The notes under the pieces: generated by a model
What the model was told of the DNA's origin: nothing
The model's input: only the letters and a program-made list of their open reading frames with translations
Database searches by the model: none
Translations under genes and position numbers: made by a program
Shown: one piece after another, positions 46,100 through 61,800 of the stretch
How the letters are laid out: each line of letters opens with the position of its first letter
Numbering within the stretch: the first letter of the stretch is position 1
Source: the human T2T-CHM13v2.0 reference genome, Homo sapiens
Length of the DNA stretch: 64,000 bases
NCBI GenBank assembly: GCA_009914755.4
Contig: CP068257.2
Location: 1,216,001-1,280,000, forward strand
Direction of reading: 5' to 3'

Positions 46100-48800
46100 C
46101 AAAAAATAACAAAGTACCCAAAACATGTATTATGTACTGTACATAAAATATGAAAGTACATCAAATATATATTTTATTCTGTACATAAAATATCAAAGTA
46201 CACCAAATATATATTCTATAGTGTACATAAAATATCAAAGTACCCAAACTATACATTATATACTGTACAAAAAATATGAAATTACATCAAATATATATTA
46301 TATTAGGTACATAAAAGATGAAAGTACATCAAATATAGATTATATACTGTACATAAAATATCAAAGTACCCCAAATATATATTATACACTGTACATGAAA
46401 TATCAAAGTTCACAAACTATATATTATATACTGTACATAAAATATCAATATACCCAAGGTATATATTCTATACTGTACCAAAAATATCAAAGTACCCAAA
46501 GCATGTATTATATACTGTACATAAAATATGAAAGTACATCAAATATATATTTTATTCTGTACAAAAAATATCAAAGTACACCAAATATATATTCTATAGT
46601 GTACATAAAATATCAAAGTACCCAAACTATACATTATATACTGTACATAAAATATGAAATGATATCAAATATATATTATATTAGGTACATAAAATATGAA
46701 AGTACATCAAATATAGATTATATACTGTACATAAAATATCAAAGTACCCAAATATATATTATATACTGTACAGGAAATATCAAAGTTCACAAACTATATA
46801 TTATATACTGTACATAAAATATCAATGTACCCAAGTATATATTCTATACTGTACAAAAAATATCAAAGTACCCAAAGCATGTATTCTATACTGTACATAA
46901 AATATGAAAGTACATCAAATATATATTTTATTCTGTACATAAAATATCAAAGTACACCAAATATATATTCTATACTGTACATAAAATATCAAAGTATCCA
47001 AACTATACATTATATACTGTACATAAAATATGAAATTACATCAAATATATATTATATTAGGTACATAAAATATGAAAGTACATCAAATATAGATTAAATA
47101 GTGTACATAAAATATCAAAGTACCCCAAATATATATTATATACTGTACATGAAATATCAAAGTTCACAAACTATATATTATATACTGTACATAAAATATC
47201 AATGTACCCAAGTTATATATTCTATACTGTACAAAAAATATCAAACTACCCAAAGCATGTATTATATACTGTACATAAAATATGAAAGTACATCAAATAT
47301 ATATTTTCTTCTGTACAAAAAATATCAAAGTACACCAAATATATATTCTATAGCGTACATAAAATATCAATGTACCCAAACTATACATTATATACTGTAC
47401 ATAAAATATGAAATTACCTCAAAAATATATTATAATAGGTACGTAAAATATGAAAGTACTTCAAAGATAGATTATATACCTTACATAAAATATCAAAGTA
47501 CCCCAAATATATATTATATACTGTACATGAAATATCAAATTTCACAAACTATGTATTATATACTGTACATAATCTAAAAAAGTACCCAAGGTATATATTC
47601 TATACTTTACAAAAAACATCAAAGTACCCAAAGCATGTATTATATACTGTACATAAAATATGAAAGCACATCAAATATATATTTTATTCTGTAAATAAAA
47701 TATCAACGTACCCTTACTATACATTAAATACTGTACATAAAATATGAAATTACATCAAATATATATCATATTAGGTGCATAAAATATGAAAGTACATCAA
47801 ATATAGATTATATACTGTACATAAAATATCAAAGTACCCCAAATATATATCATATACTGTACATGAAATATCAAAGTTCACAAACTATATATTATATACT
47901 GTACATAAAATATGAATGTAACCAAGGTATATATTCTATAATGTACAAAAAATATCAAAGTACCCAAAGCATGTATTATATACTGTACATAAAATATGAA
48001 AGTGCATCAAATATATATTGTCTTCTGTACATAAAATATAAAAGTACACCAAATATATATTCTATACTGTACATAAAATATCAAAGTACCCAAACTATAC
48101 ATTATATACTGTACATAAAATATGAAATTACATCAAAAATATATTAGGTATGTAAAATATGAAAGTACATCAAATATAGATTTTATACCTTACATAAAAT
48201 ATCAAAGTACCCCAAATATATATTATATACTGTACATGAAATACCAAATTTCAAAATCTATATATTATATACTGTACATAAAATATCAAAGTACCCAAGG
48301 TATATATTCTATAGTGTACAAAAAATATCAAAGTACCCAAAGCATGTATTATATACTGTACCAAAGCATGTATTATATACTGTACATAAAATATGAAAGT
48401 ACATCAAATATATATTTTATTCTGTACATAATATATCAAAGTACAACAAATATATATTCTATAGTGTACATAAAATATCAAACTACCCAAACTATTCATT
48501 ATATATTGTACATAAAAGATGAAATTACATCAAAAATATATTATATTAGGTACATAAAATATGAAAGTACATCAAATATAGATTATATACTGCACATAAA
48601 ATATCAAAGTACCGCAAATATGTATTATATACTCTACATGAAATATCAAAGTTCACCAACTATATATTATATACTGTACATAAAATATCAATGTACCCAA
48701 GGTATATATTCTATACTGTACAAAAAATATCAAAGTACCCAAAGCATGTATTATGTACTGTACATAAAATATGAAAGTACATCAAATATATATTTTATTC
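46100..48800. repeat. Third, more diverged copy of the same HSat1A HOR unit, offset 6359 bp from the second copy
   Basis: ORFs 46125..46817, 46825.., 47101..47577, 47863..48147 parallel 39766..40458, 40466.., 40742..41218, 41504..41788 at constant offset 6359, with scattered substitutions. Confidence 0.55.
48337..48384. repeat. Local 24-bp tandem duplication (ccaaagcatgtattatatactgta x2) inside HSat1A
   Basis: Read directly from the sequence. It shows in the ORF track as the duplicated peptide QSMYYILY within ORF 48122..49369. Confidence 0.6.
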
Positions 48801-51800
48801 TGTACATAAAATATCAAAGTACACCAAATATATATTCTATAGTGTACATAAAATATCAAAGTACCCAAACTATAAATTATATACTGTATAAAAAATATGA
48901 AATTACATCAAATATATATTATATTAGGTACATAAAAGATGAAAGTACATCAAATATAGATTATATACTGTACATAAAATATCAAAGTACCCCAAATATA
49001 TATTATATACTGTACATGAAATATCAAATTTCACAAACTATATATTATATACTGTACATAAAATATCAAAGTACCCAAGGTATATATTCTATTCTGTACA
49101 AAAAATATCAAAGTACCCAAAGCATGTATTATATACTGTACATAAGATATGAAAGTACATCAAATATATATTTTATTCTGTACATAAAATATCAAAGTAC
49201 ACGAAATATATATTCTATAGTGTACATAAAATATCAAAGTACCCAAACTATACATTACATACTGTCCATAAAATATGAAATTACATCAATTATATATTAT
49301 ATTAGGTACATAAAATATGAAAGAACTTCAAATATAGATTATATACTGTACATAAAATATCAAAGTTAACCAAATATATATTTTATGCTGTACATGAAAT
49401 ATCAAAGTTCACAAACTATATATCATATACTGTACATAAAATATCAAAGTACCCAAGGTATATATTCTATACTGTACAAAAAATATCAAAGTACCCAAAT
49501 CATGTATTATGTACTGTACATAAAATATGAAAGTTCAGCAAATATATATTTTATTCTGTACATAAAATATAAAAGTACACGAAATATATATTCTACACTG
49601 TACAGAAAATATCAAATTACCCAAACTATACATTATATACTGTACATAAAATATGAAATTACATCAAATATATATTATATTAGGTACATAAAATATGAAA
49701 GTACATCAAATATAGATTATATACTGTACATAAAATATCAAAGTACCCCAAATATATATTATATACTGTACATGAAATATCAATGTACCCAAGGTATATA
49801 TTCTATACTGTACAAAAAATATCAAAGTACCCAAAGCATGTATTATATGCTGTACATAAAATATGAAAGTACATCAAATATATATTTTATTCTGTACAAA
49901 AAATACTAAAGTACCCCAAATATATATTATATACTGTACATGAAATATCAAAGTTCACAAACTATATATTATATACTGTACATAAAATATCAATGTACCC
50001 ATGGTACATATTCTATAGTGTACAAAAAATATCAAAGTACCCAAAGCAAGTATTTTATGCTGTACATAAAATATGAAATTACATCAAATATATATTTTAT
50101 TCTGTACATAAAATATCAAAGTACACCAAATATATAATCTACACTGTACATAAAATATCAAATTACCCAAACTATACATTATATACTGTACATAAAAGTT
50201 GAAATTACATCAAATATATATTATATTAGGTACATAAAATATGAAAGTACATCAAATATTTATTATATACTGTACATAAAATACCAAAGTACCCCAAATA
50301 TATATTTTATACTGTACATGAAATATCAAAGTACATAAACTATATATTATATACTGTACAAAAAATATCAAAGTACCCAAGGTATATCTTCTATACTGTA
50401 CAAAAAATATCAAAGTACCCATAGCATGTATTATATACTGTACATAAAATATGAAAGTACATCAAATATATATTTCATTCTGTACATAAAATATCAAAGT
50501 ACACCAAATATATATTCTATAGTGTACATAAAGTATCAAAGTACCCAAACTATACATTATATACTGTACATAAAAGATGAAATTACATCAAATATATATT
50601 ATATTAGGTACATAAAATATGAAAGTACGTCAAATATAGATTATATACTGTACATAAAATACCAAAGTACCCCAAATATATATTTTATACTGTACATGAA
50701 ATATCAAAGTTCACAAACTATATATTATATACTGTACATAAAATATCAATGTACCCAAGTATATATTCTATACTGTACAAAAAATATCAAAGTACCCAAA
50801 GCATGTATTACATGCTCTACATAAAATATGAAATTACATCAAATATATATTTTATTCTGTACAAAAACTATCAAAGTACACCAAATATATATTCTATAGT
50901 GTACATAAAATATCAAAGTACCCAAACTATACATTATATACTGTACATAAAATATGAAATTACATCAAATATATATTATATTAGTTACATAAAATATGAA
51001 AGTACATCAAATATAGATTATATACTGTACATAAAATACCAAAGTACCCCAAATATATATTTTACACTGTTCATGAAATATCAAAGTACACAAAATATAT
51101 ATTATATACTGCTCATAAAATATCAAAGTACCCAAGGTATATATTCTATACTGTACAAAAAATATCAAAGTACCCAAAGCATGTATTATATACTGTACAT
51201 AAAATATGAAAGTACATCAAATATATATTTTATACTGTACATGGAATATCAAAGTTCACAAACTATATATTATATACTGTACATAAAATATCAAAGTACT
51301 CAACGTATATATTCTATACTGTACAAAAAATATCAAAGTACCCAAAGCATGTATTATATACTGTACATAAAATACGAAAGTACATGAAATATATATTTTA
51401 TTCTGTACAAAAAATATCAAAGTACACCAAATATATATTCTATACTGTACATAAAATATCAAAGTACCCAAACTATACATTATATACTGTACAAAAAATA
51501 TGAAATTACATCAAATATATATTATATTAGGTACATAAAATATGAAAGTACATCAAATATAGATTATATACTGTACATAAAATATCAAAGTACCCCAAAT
51601 ATATATTATATACTGTACATGAAATATCAAAGTTCACAAACTATATATTATATACTGTACATAAAATCTGAATGTACCCATGGTATATATTCTATACTGT
51701 ATAAAAAATATCAAATTACCCAAACCTTGTATTACATACTGTACATCAAATATGAACGTACATAAAATGTATATTTTATTCTGTACAAAAAATATCAAAG

Positions 51801-52899
51801 CACACCAAATATATATTCTATAGTGTACATAAAATATCAAAGTACCCAAACTATACATTATATACTGTACATAAAATATGAAATTACATCAAATATATAT
51901 TATATTAGGTAGATAAATTATGAAAGAACATCAAATATAGATTATAGACTCTACATAAAATACCAAAGTACCACAAATATATATTTTATACTGTACATGA
52001 AATATCAAATTTCACAAATTATATATTATATACTGCACATAAAATATCAAAGTACCCTAGGTATATATTCTATACTGTACAAAAAATATCAAAGAACACA
52101 AAGCATGTATTATATACTGTACATGAAATATGAAAGTACATCAAATATATATTTTATTCTGTACATAAAATATCAAAGTACACCAAATATATATTCTATA
52201 GTGTACATAAAATATTCAAGTACCCAAACTATACATTATATACTGTACATAAAATATGAAATTACATCAAATATATATTATATTAGGTACATAAAATATG
52301 AAAGTACATCAAATATAGATTATATACTGTACATAAAATACCAAAGTACCCCAAATATATATTTTATAGTGTACATGAAATATCAAAGTTCACAAACTAT
52401 ATATTATATACTGCAAATAAAATATCAAAGTACCCAAGTTATATATTCTATACTGTACAAAAAATATCAAAGTACCCAAAGCATGTATTATATACTGTAC
52501 ATAAAATATGAAAGTACATCAAATATATATTTTATACTGTACATAAAATATCAAAGTACACCAAAAATATATTCTATAGTGTACATAAAATATCAAAGTA
52601 CCCAAACTATACATTATATACTGTACATAAAATATGAAATTACATCAAATATATATTATATTAGGTACATAACATATGAAAGTACATCAAATATAGATTA
52701 TATACTGTACTTAAAATACCAAAGTACCTCAAATATATATTTTACACTGTACATGAAATATCAAAGTTCACAAACTATATATTATATACTGTACATAAAA
52801 TATCAAAGTACCCAAGGTATATATTCTATACTGCAGAAAAAATATCAAAGTACCCAAAGCATGTATTATATACTGTACATAAAATATGAAAGTACATCA

Positions 52900-55800
52900 A
52901 ATATATATTTTGTCCTGTATATAAAGTATCAAAGTACACCAAATATATATTCTATAGTTTACATATAATATCAAAGTATCCAAACTATACATTATATACT
53001 GTACATAAAATATGAAATTACATCGAATATATATTATATTAGGTACAGAAAATATGAAAGTACATCAAATATAGATTATATACTGTACATAAAATACCAA
53101 AGTACCCCAAATATATATTTTATACTGTACATGAAATATCAAAGTTCACAAACTATATATTATATACTGCACATAAAATATGAAAGTATCCAAGGTATAT
53201 ATTTTGTACTGTACAAAAAATATCAAAGTACCCAAAGCATGTATTATATACTGTACATAAAATATGAAAGTGCATCAAATATATATTTTATTCTGTACAT
53301 AAAATATCAAAGTACACCAGATATATATTCTATAGTGTACATAAAATATCAAAGTACCCAAACTATACATTATATACTGTACGTAAAATATGAAATTACA
53401 TCAAATATATATTAGGTACATAAAATATGAAAGTATATCAAATATAGATTATATACTGTACATATAATATCAATGTACCCCAAATATATATTTTACACTC
53501 TACATGAAATATCAAAATTCACAAACCATATATTATATACTGTACATAAAATATCAAAGTACCCAAGGTATATATTCTATACTGTACAAAAAATATCAAA
53601 GTACCCAAAGCATGTATTATATACTGTACATAAAATATGAAAGTACATCAAATATATATTTTATTCTGTACATAAAATATCAAAGTACACCAGATATATA
53701 TTCTATAGTGTACATAAAATAACAAAGTAAAAAAACTATAAATTATATACTGTACATAAAATATGAAATTACATCAAATATATATTAGGTACATAAAATA
53801 TGAACGTACATCAAATATAGATTATATACTGTACATAAAATATCAATGTACCCCAAATATATATTTTATACTCTACATGAAATATCAAAGTTCACAAACC
53901 ATATATTATATACTGTACATAAAATATCAAAGTACCCAAGGTATATATTCTATGCTGTACAAAAAATATCAAAGTACCCAAAGCATGTATTATATACTGT
54001 ACTTAAAATATGAAACTACATCAAATATATATTTTATTCTGTACAAAAAATATCAAAGTACACCAGATATATATTCTATAGTGTACATAAAATATAAAAG
54101 TACCCAAACTATACATTATATACTGTACATAAAATATGAAATTACATCAAATATGTATTGTATTAGGTACATAAAATATGAAAGCATATCAAATATAGAT
54201 TATATACTGTATATTAAATACCAAAGTACCCCAAATATATATTTTATACTGTACATCAAATATCAAAGTTCACAAACTATATATTATATACTGTACATTA
54301 AATATCAAAGTACCCATGATATATATTCTATACTGTACAAAAAATATCAAAGTCCCCAAAGCGTGTATTATATACTGTACATAAAATATGAAAGTACATC
54401 AAATATATATTTTATTCTGTACATAAAATATCAAATTACACCAGATATATATTCTATAGTGTACATAAAATATCAAAGTACCCAAACTATACATTATATA
54501 CTGTACATAAAATATGAAATTACATCAAATTTATATTAGGCACATAAAATATGAAAGTACATCAAATATAGATCATATACTGTACATAAAATATCAAAGT
54601 ACCCCAAATATATATTATATACTCTACATGAAATATCAAAGTTCACAAACTATATATTATATACTGTACATAAAATATCAAAGTACCCAAGGTATATATT
54701 CTATACTGTACAAAAAATATCAAAGTATACAAAGCATGTATTATATACTGTATATAAAATATGAAAGTACATTAAATATATATTTTATTCTGTACATAAA
54801 ATATCAAAGTACACCAGATATATATTCTATAGTGTACATAAAATAACAAAGTACACAAACTGTAAATTATATACTGTACATAAAATATGAAATTACATCA
54901 AATATATATTAGGTACATAATATATGAAAGTACATCAAATATAGATTATATACTGTACATATAATATCAATGTACCCCAAATATATATTTTATACTCTAC
55001 ATGAAATATCAAAGTTCACAAACCATACATTATATAGTGTACATAAAATATCAAAGTACCCAAGGTATATATTTTATACTGTACAAAAAATATCAAAGTA
55101 CCCAAAGCATGTATTATATACTGTACATAAAATATGAAAGTACATCAAATATATATTTTATTCTGTACATAAAACATCAAAGTACACCAGATATATATTC
55201 TATAGAGTACATAAAATATCAAAGTACCCAAACTATACATTATATACTGTACATAAAATATGAAATTACATCAAATATATATTATATTAGGTACATAAAA
55301 TATGAAAGTACATCAAATATAGATTATATACTGTACATAAAATATCAAAGTACCCCAAATATATATTATATACTCTACATGAAATATCAAAGTTCACAAA
55401 CTATATATTATATACTGTACAAAAAATATCAAAGTACCCAAGGTATATATTCTATACTGTACAAAAAATATCAAAGTACCCAAAGCATGTATTATATACT
55501 GTACATAAAATATGAAAGTACATCAAATATATATTTTATTCTGTACATAATATATCAAAGTACACCAGATATATATTCTATAGTGTACATAAAATAACAA
55601 AGTAAAAAAACTATTCATTATATACTGTACATAAAATATGAGATTACATCAAATATATATTATATTAGGTACATAAAATATGAAAGTACATCAGATATAG
55701 ATTATATACTGTACATAAAATATCAAAGTACCCCAAATATATATTATATACTCTACATGAAATATCAAAGTTCACAAACTATATATTATATACTGTACAT

Positions 55801-58800
55801 AAAATATCAAAGTACCCAAGGTATATATTCTATACTGTACAAAAAATATCAAAGTACCCAAAGCATGCATTATATACTGTATATAAAATATGAAAATACA
55901 TTAAATATATATTTTATTTTGTACGTAAAATATCAAAGTACACCAGAAATATATTCTATAGTGTACATAAAATAACAAAGTACACAAACTATAAATTATA
56001 TACTGTATGTAAAATATGAAATTACATCAAATATATATTAGGTACATAAAATATGAAAGTACATCAAATATAGATTATATACTGTACATATAATATCAAT
56101 GTACCCCAAATATATATTTTATACTCTACATGAAATATCAAAGTTCACAAACCATACATTATATACTGTACATAAAATATCAAAGTACCCAAGGTATATA
56201 TTCTATACTGTACAAAAAATATCAAAGTACCCAAAGCATGTATTATATACTGTACATAAAATATGAAAGTACATCAAATATATATTTTATTCTGTACATA
56301 AAACATCAAAGTACAGCAGATATATATTCTATAGAGTACATAAAATATCAAAGTACCCAAACTATACATTATATACTGTACATAAAATATGAAATTACAT
56401 CAAATATATATTATATTAGGTACATAAAATATGAAAGTACATCAAATATAGATTATATACTGTACATAAAATATCAAAGTACCCCAAATATATATTATAT
56501 ACTCTACATGAAATATCAAAGTTCACAAACTATATATTATATACTGTACAAAAAATATCAAAGTACCCAAGGTATATATTCTATACTGTACAAAAAATAT
56601 CAAAGTACCCAAAGCATGTATTATATACTGTACATAAAATATGAAAGTACATCAAATATATATTTTATTCTGTACATAATATATCAAAGTACACCAGATA
56701 TATATTCTATAGTGTACAAAAAATAACAAAGTAAAAAAACTATTCATTATATACTGTACATAAAATATGAGATTACATCAAATATATATTATATTAGGTA
56801 CATAAAATATGAAAGTACATCAGATATAGATTATATACTGTACATAAAATATCAAAGTACCCCAAATATATATTATATACTCTACATGAAATATCAAAGT
56901 TCACAAACTATATATTATATACTGTACATAAAATATCAAAGTACCCAAGGTATATATTCTATACTGTACAAAAAATATCAAAGTACCCAAAGCATGCATT
57001 ATATACTGTATATAAAATATGAAAATACATTAAATATATATTTTATTTTGTAGGTAAAATATCAAAGTACACCAGATATATATTCTATAGTGTACATAAA
57101 ATAACAAAGTACACAAACTATAAATTATATACTGTATGTAAAATATGAAATTACATCAAATATATATTAGGTACATAAAATATGAAAGTACATCAAATAT
57201 AGATTATATACTGTACATATAATATCAATGTACCCCAAATATATATTTTATACTCTACATGAAATATCAAAGTTCACAAACCATACATTATATACTGTAC
57301 AGAAAATATCAAAGTACCCAAGGTATATATTCTATAGTGTACAAAAAATATCAAAGTACCCAAAGCATGTATTATATACTGTACATAAAATATGAAAGTA
57401 CATCAAATATATATTTTATTCTGTACATAAAATATCAAAGTACACCAGATATATATTCTATAGTGTACATAAAATATCAAAGTACCCAAACTATACATTA
57501 TATACTGTACATAAAATATGAAATTACATCAAATATATATTAGGTACATAAAATATGAAAGTACATCAAATATAGATTATATACTGTACATAAAATATCA
57601 AAGTACCCCAAATATATATTATATACTGTACATGAAATATCAAAGTTCACAAACTATATATTATATACTGTACATAAAATATCAAAGTACACAAGGTATA
57701 TATTCTATACTGTACAAAAAATATCAAAATACCCAAAGCATGTATTATACACTGTACATAAAATATGAAATTACATCAAATATATATTTTATTCTGTACA
57801 TAAAATATCAAAGTACACCAGATATATATTCTATAGTGTACATAAAATATCAAAGTACCCAAACTATACATTATATACTGTACATAAAATATGAAATTAC
57901 ATCAAATTTATATTAGGTACATATAATATGAAAGTACATCAAATATAGATTATATACTGTACATAAAATATCAAAGTACCCCAAATATATATTATATACT
58001 CTACATGAAATATCAATGTTCACAAACTATATATTATATACTGTACATAAAATATCCAAGTACCCAAGGTATATATTCTATACTGTACAAAAAATATGAA
58101 AGTATCCAAAGCATGTATTATATACTGTATATAAAATATGAAAGTACATCACATATATATTTTATTCTGTACATAAAATATCAAAGTACACCAGATATAT
58201 ATTCTATAGTGTACATAAAATAACAAAGTAAAAAAACTATAAATTATATACTGTTCATAAAATATGAAATTACATCAAATATATATTAGGTACATAAAAT
58301 ATGAACGTATATCAAATATAGATTATATACTGTTCATAAAATATCAATGTACCCCAAATATATATTTTATACTCTACATGAAATATCAAAGTTCACAAAC
58401 CATATATTATATACTGTACATAAAATATCAAAATACCCAAGGTATATATTCTATACTATACAAAAAATATCAAAGTACCCAAAGCATGTATTATATACTG
58501 TACATAAAATATGAAAGTACATCAAATATATATTTTATTCTGTACATAAAATATCAAAGTACACCAGATATATATTCTATAGTGTACATAAAATATAAAA
58601 GTACCCAAACTATACATTATATACTGTACATAAAATATGAAATTACATCAAATATGTATTATATTAGGTACATAAAATATGAAAGCATATCAAATATAGA
58701 TTATATACTGTATATTAAATACCAAAGTACCCCAAATATATATTTTATACTGTACATCAAATATCAAAGTTCACAAACTATATATTATATACTGTACATA

Positions 58801-61800
58801 AAATATCAAAGTACCCATGATATATATTCTATACTGTACAAAAAATATCAAAGTACCCAAAGCGTGTATTATATACTGTACATAAAATATGAAAGTATAT
58901 CAAATATATATTTTATTCTGTACATAAAATATCAAAGTACACCAGATATATATTCTATAGTGTACATAAAATATCAAAGTACCCAAACTATACATTAAAT
59001 ACTGTACATAAAATATGAAATTACATCAAATTTATATTAGGGACATAAAATATGAAAGTACATCAAATATAGATCATATACTGTACATAAAATATCAAAG
59101 TACCCCAAATATATATTATATACTCTACATGAAATATCAAAGTTCACAAACTATATATTATATACTGTACATAAAATATCAAAGTACCCAAGGTATATAT
59201 TCTATACTGTACAAAAAATATCAAAGTATACAAAGCATGTATTATATACTGTATATAAAATATGAAAGTACATTAAATATATATTTTATTCTGTACATAA
59301 AATATCAAAGTACACCAGATATATATTCTATAGTGTACATAAAATAACAAAGTACACAAACTGTAAATTATATACTGTACATAAAATATGAAATTACATC
59401 AAATATATATTAGGTACATAATATATGAAAGTACATCAAATATAGATTATATACTGTACATATAATATCAATGTACCCCAAATATATATTTTATACTCTA
59501 CATGAAATATCAAAGTTCACAAACCATACATTATATACTGTACATAAAATATCAAAGTACCCAAGGTATATATTCTATACTGTACAAAAAATATCAAAGT
59601 ACCCAAAGCATGTATTATATACTGTACATAAAATATGAAAGTACATCAAATATATATTTTATTCTGTACATAAAACATCAAAGTACACCAGATATATATT
59701 CTATAGAGTACATAAAATATCAAAGTACCCAAACTATACATTATATACTGTACATAAAATATGAAATTACATCAAATATATATTATATTAGGTACATAAA
59801 ATATGAAAGTACATCAAATATAGATTATATACTGTACATAAAATATCAAAGTACCCCAAATATATATTATATACTCTACATGAAATATCAAAGTTCACAA
59901 ACTATATATTATATACTGTACAAAAAATATCAAAGTACCCAAGGTATATATTCTATACTGTACAAAAAATATCAAAGTACCCAAAGCATGTATTATATAC
60001 TGTACATAAAATATGAAACTACATCAAATATATATTTTATTCTGTACATAATATATCAAAGTACACCAGATATATATTGTATAGTGTACATAAAATAACA
60101 AAGTAAAAAAACTATTCATTATATACTGTACATAAAATATGAGATTACATCAAATATATATTATATTAGGTACAGAAAATATGAAAGTACATCAGATATA
60201 GATTATATACTGTACATAAAATATCAAAATACCCCAAATATATATTATATACTCTACATGAAATATCAAAGTTCACAAACTATATATTATATACTGTACA
60301 TAAAATATCAAAGTACCCAAGGTATATATTCTATACTGTACAAAAAATATCAAAGTACCCAAAGCATGTATTATATACTGTACATAAAATATGAAAGTAC
60401 ATCAAATATATATTTTATTCTGTACATAAAATATCAAAGTACACCAGATATATATTCTATAGTGTACATAAAATATCAATGTACCCAAACTATACATTAT
60501 ATACTGTACATAAAATATGAAATTACATAAAATATATATTATATTAGGTACATAAAATATGAAAGCACATCAAATATAGATTATATACTGTACATTAAAT
60601 ACCAAAGTACCCCAAATATATATTTTATACTGTACATCAAATATCAAAGTTCACAAACTATATATTATATACTGTACATAAAATATCAAAGTACCCAAGG
60701 TATATATTCTATACTGTACAAAAAATATCAAAGTACCCAAAGCATGTATTATATACTGTATATAAAATATGAAAATACATTAAATACATATTTTAATCTG
60801 TACATAAAATATCAAAGTACACCAGATATATATTCTATAGTGTACATAAAATAACAAAGTACACAAACTATAAATTATATACTGTACATAAAATATGAAA
60901 TTACATCAAACATATATTAGGTACATAAAATATGAAAGTACATCAAATATAGATTATATACTGTACATATAATATCAATGTACCCCAAATATATATTATA
61001 TACTCTACATGAAATATCAAAGTTCACAAACCATACATTATATACTGCACATAAAATATCAAAGTACCCAAGGTATATATTCTATAGTGTACAAAAAATA
61101 TCAAAGTACCCAAAGCATGTATTATATACTGTACATAAAATATGAAAGTATATCAAATATATATTTTATTCTGTACATAAAATATCAAAGTACACCAGAT
61201 ATATATTCTATAGTGTACATAAAATATCAAAGTACCCAAACTATACATTATATACTGTACATAAAATATGAAATTACATCAAATATATATTAGGTACATA
61301 AAATATGAAAGTACATCAAATATAGATTATATACTGTACATAAAATATCAAAGTACCCCAAATATATATTATATACTCTACATGAAATATCAACGTTCAC
61401 AAACTATATATTATATACTGTACATAAAATATCAAAGTACCCAAGGTATATATTCTATACTGTACAAAAAATATCAAAGTACCCAAAGCATGTATTATAT
61501 ACTGTATATAAAATATGAAAGTACATCACATATATATTTTATTCTGTACATAAAATATCAAAGTACACCAGATATATATTCTATAGTGTACATAAAATAA
61601 CAAAGTAAAAAAACTATAAATTATATACTGTACATAAAATATGAAATTACATCAAATATATATTAGGTACATAAAATATGAACGTACATCAAATATAGAT
61701 TATATACTGTACATAAAATATCAATGTACCCCAAATATATATTTTATACTCTACATGAAATATCAAAGTTCACAAACCATATATTATATACTGTACATAA

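Noticed and set aside
48122-49369. Long plus-strand ORFs in the AT-rich half (e.g. 415 aa at 48122..49369, 362 aa at 61641..62729, 353 aa at 28422..29483)
   Set aside because: The sequence is the periodic YILYIKYQSTQ… translation of the 42-bp satellite I monomer. The ORFs are open only because one strand's codons avoid TAA/TAG/TGA. Identical 'proteins' recur at HOR offsets. There is no plausible coding function.
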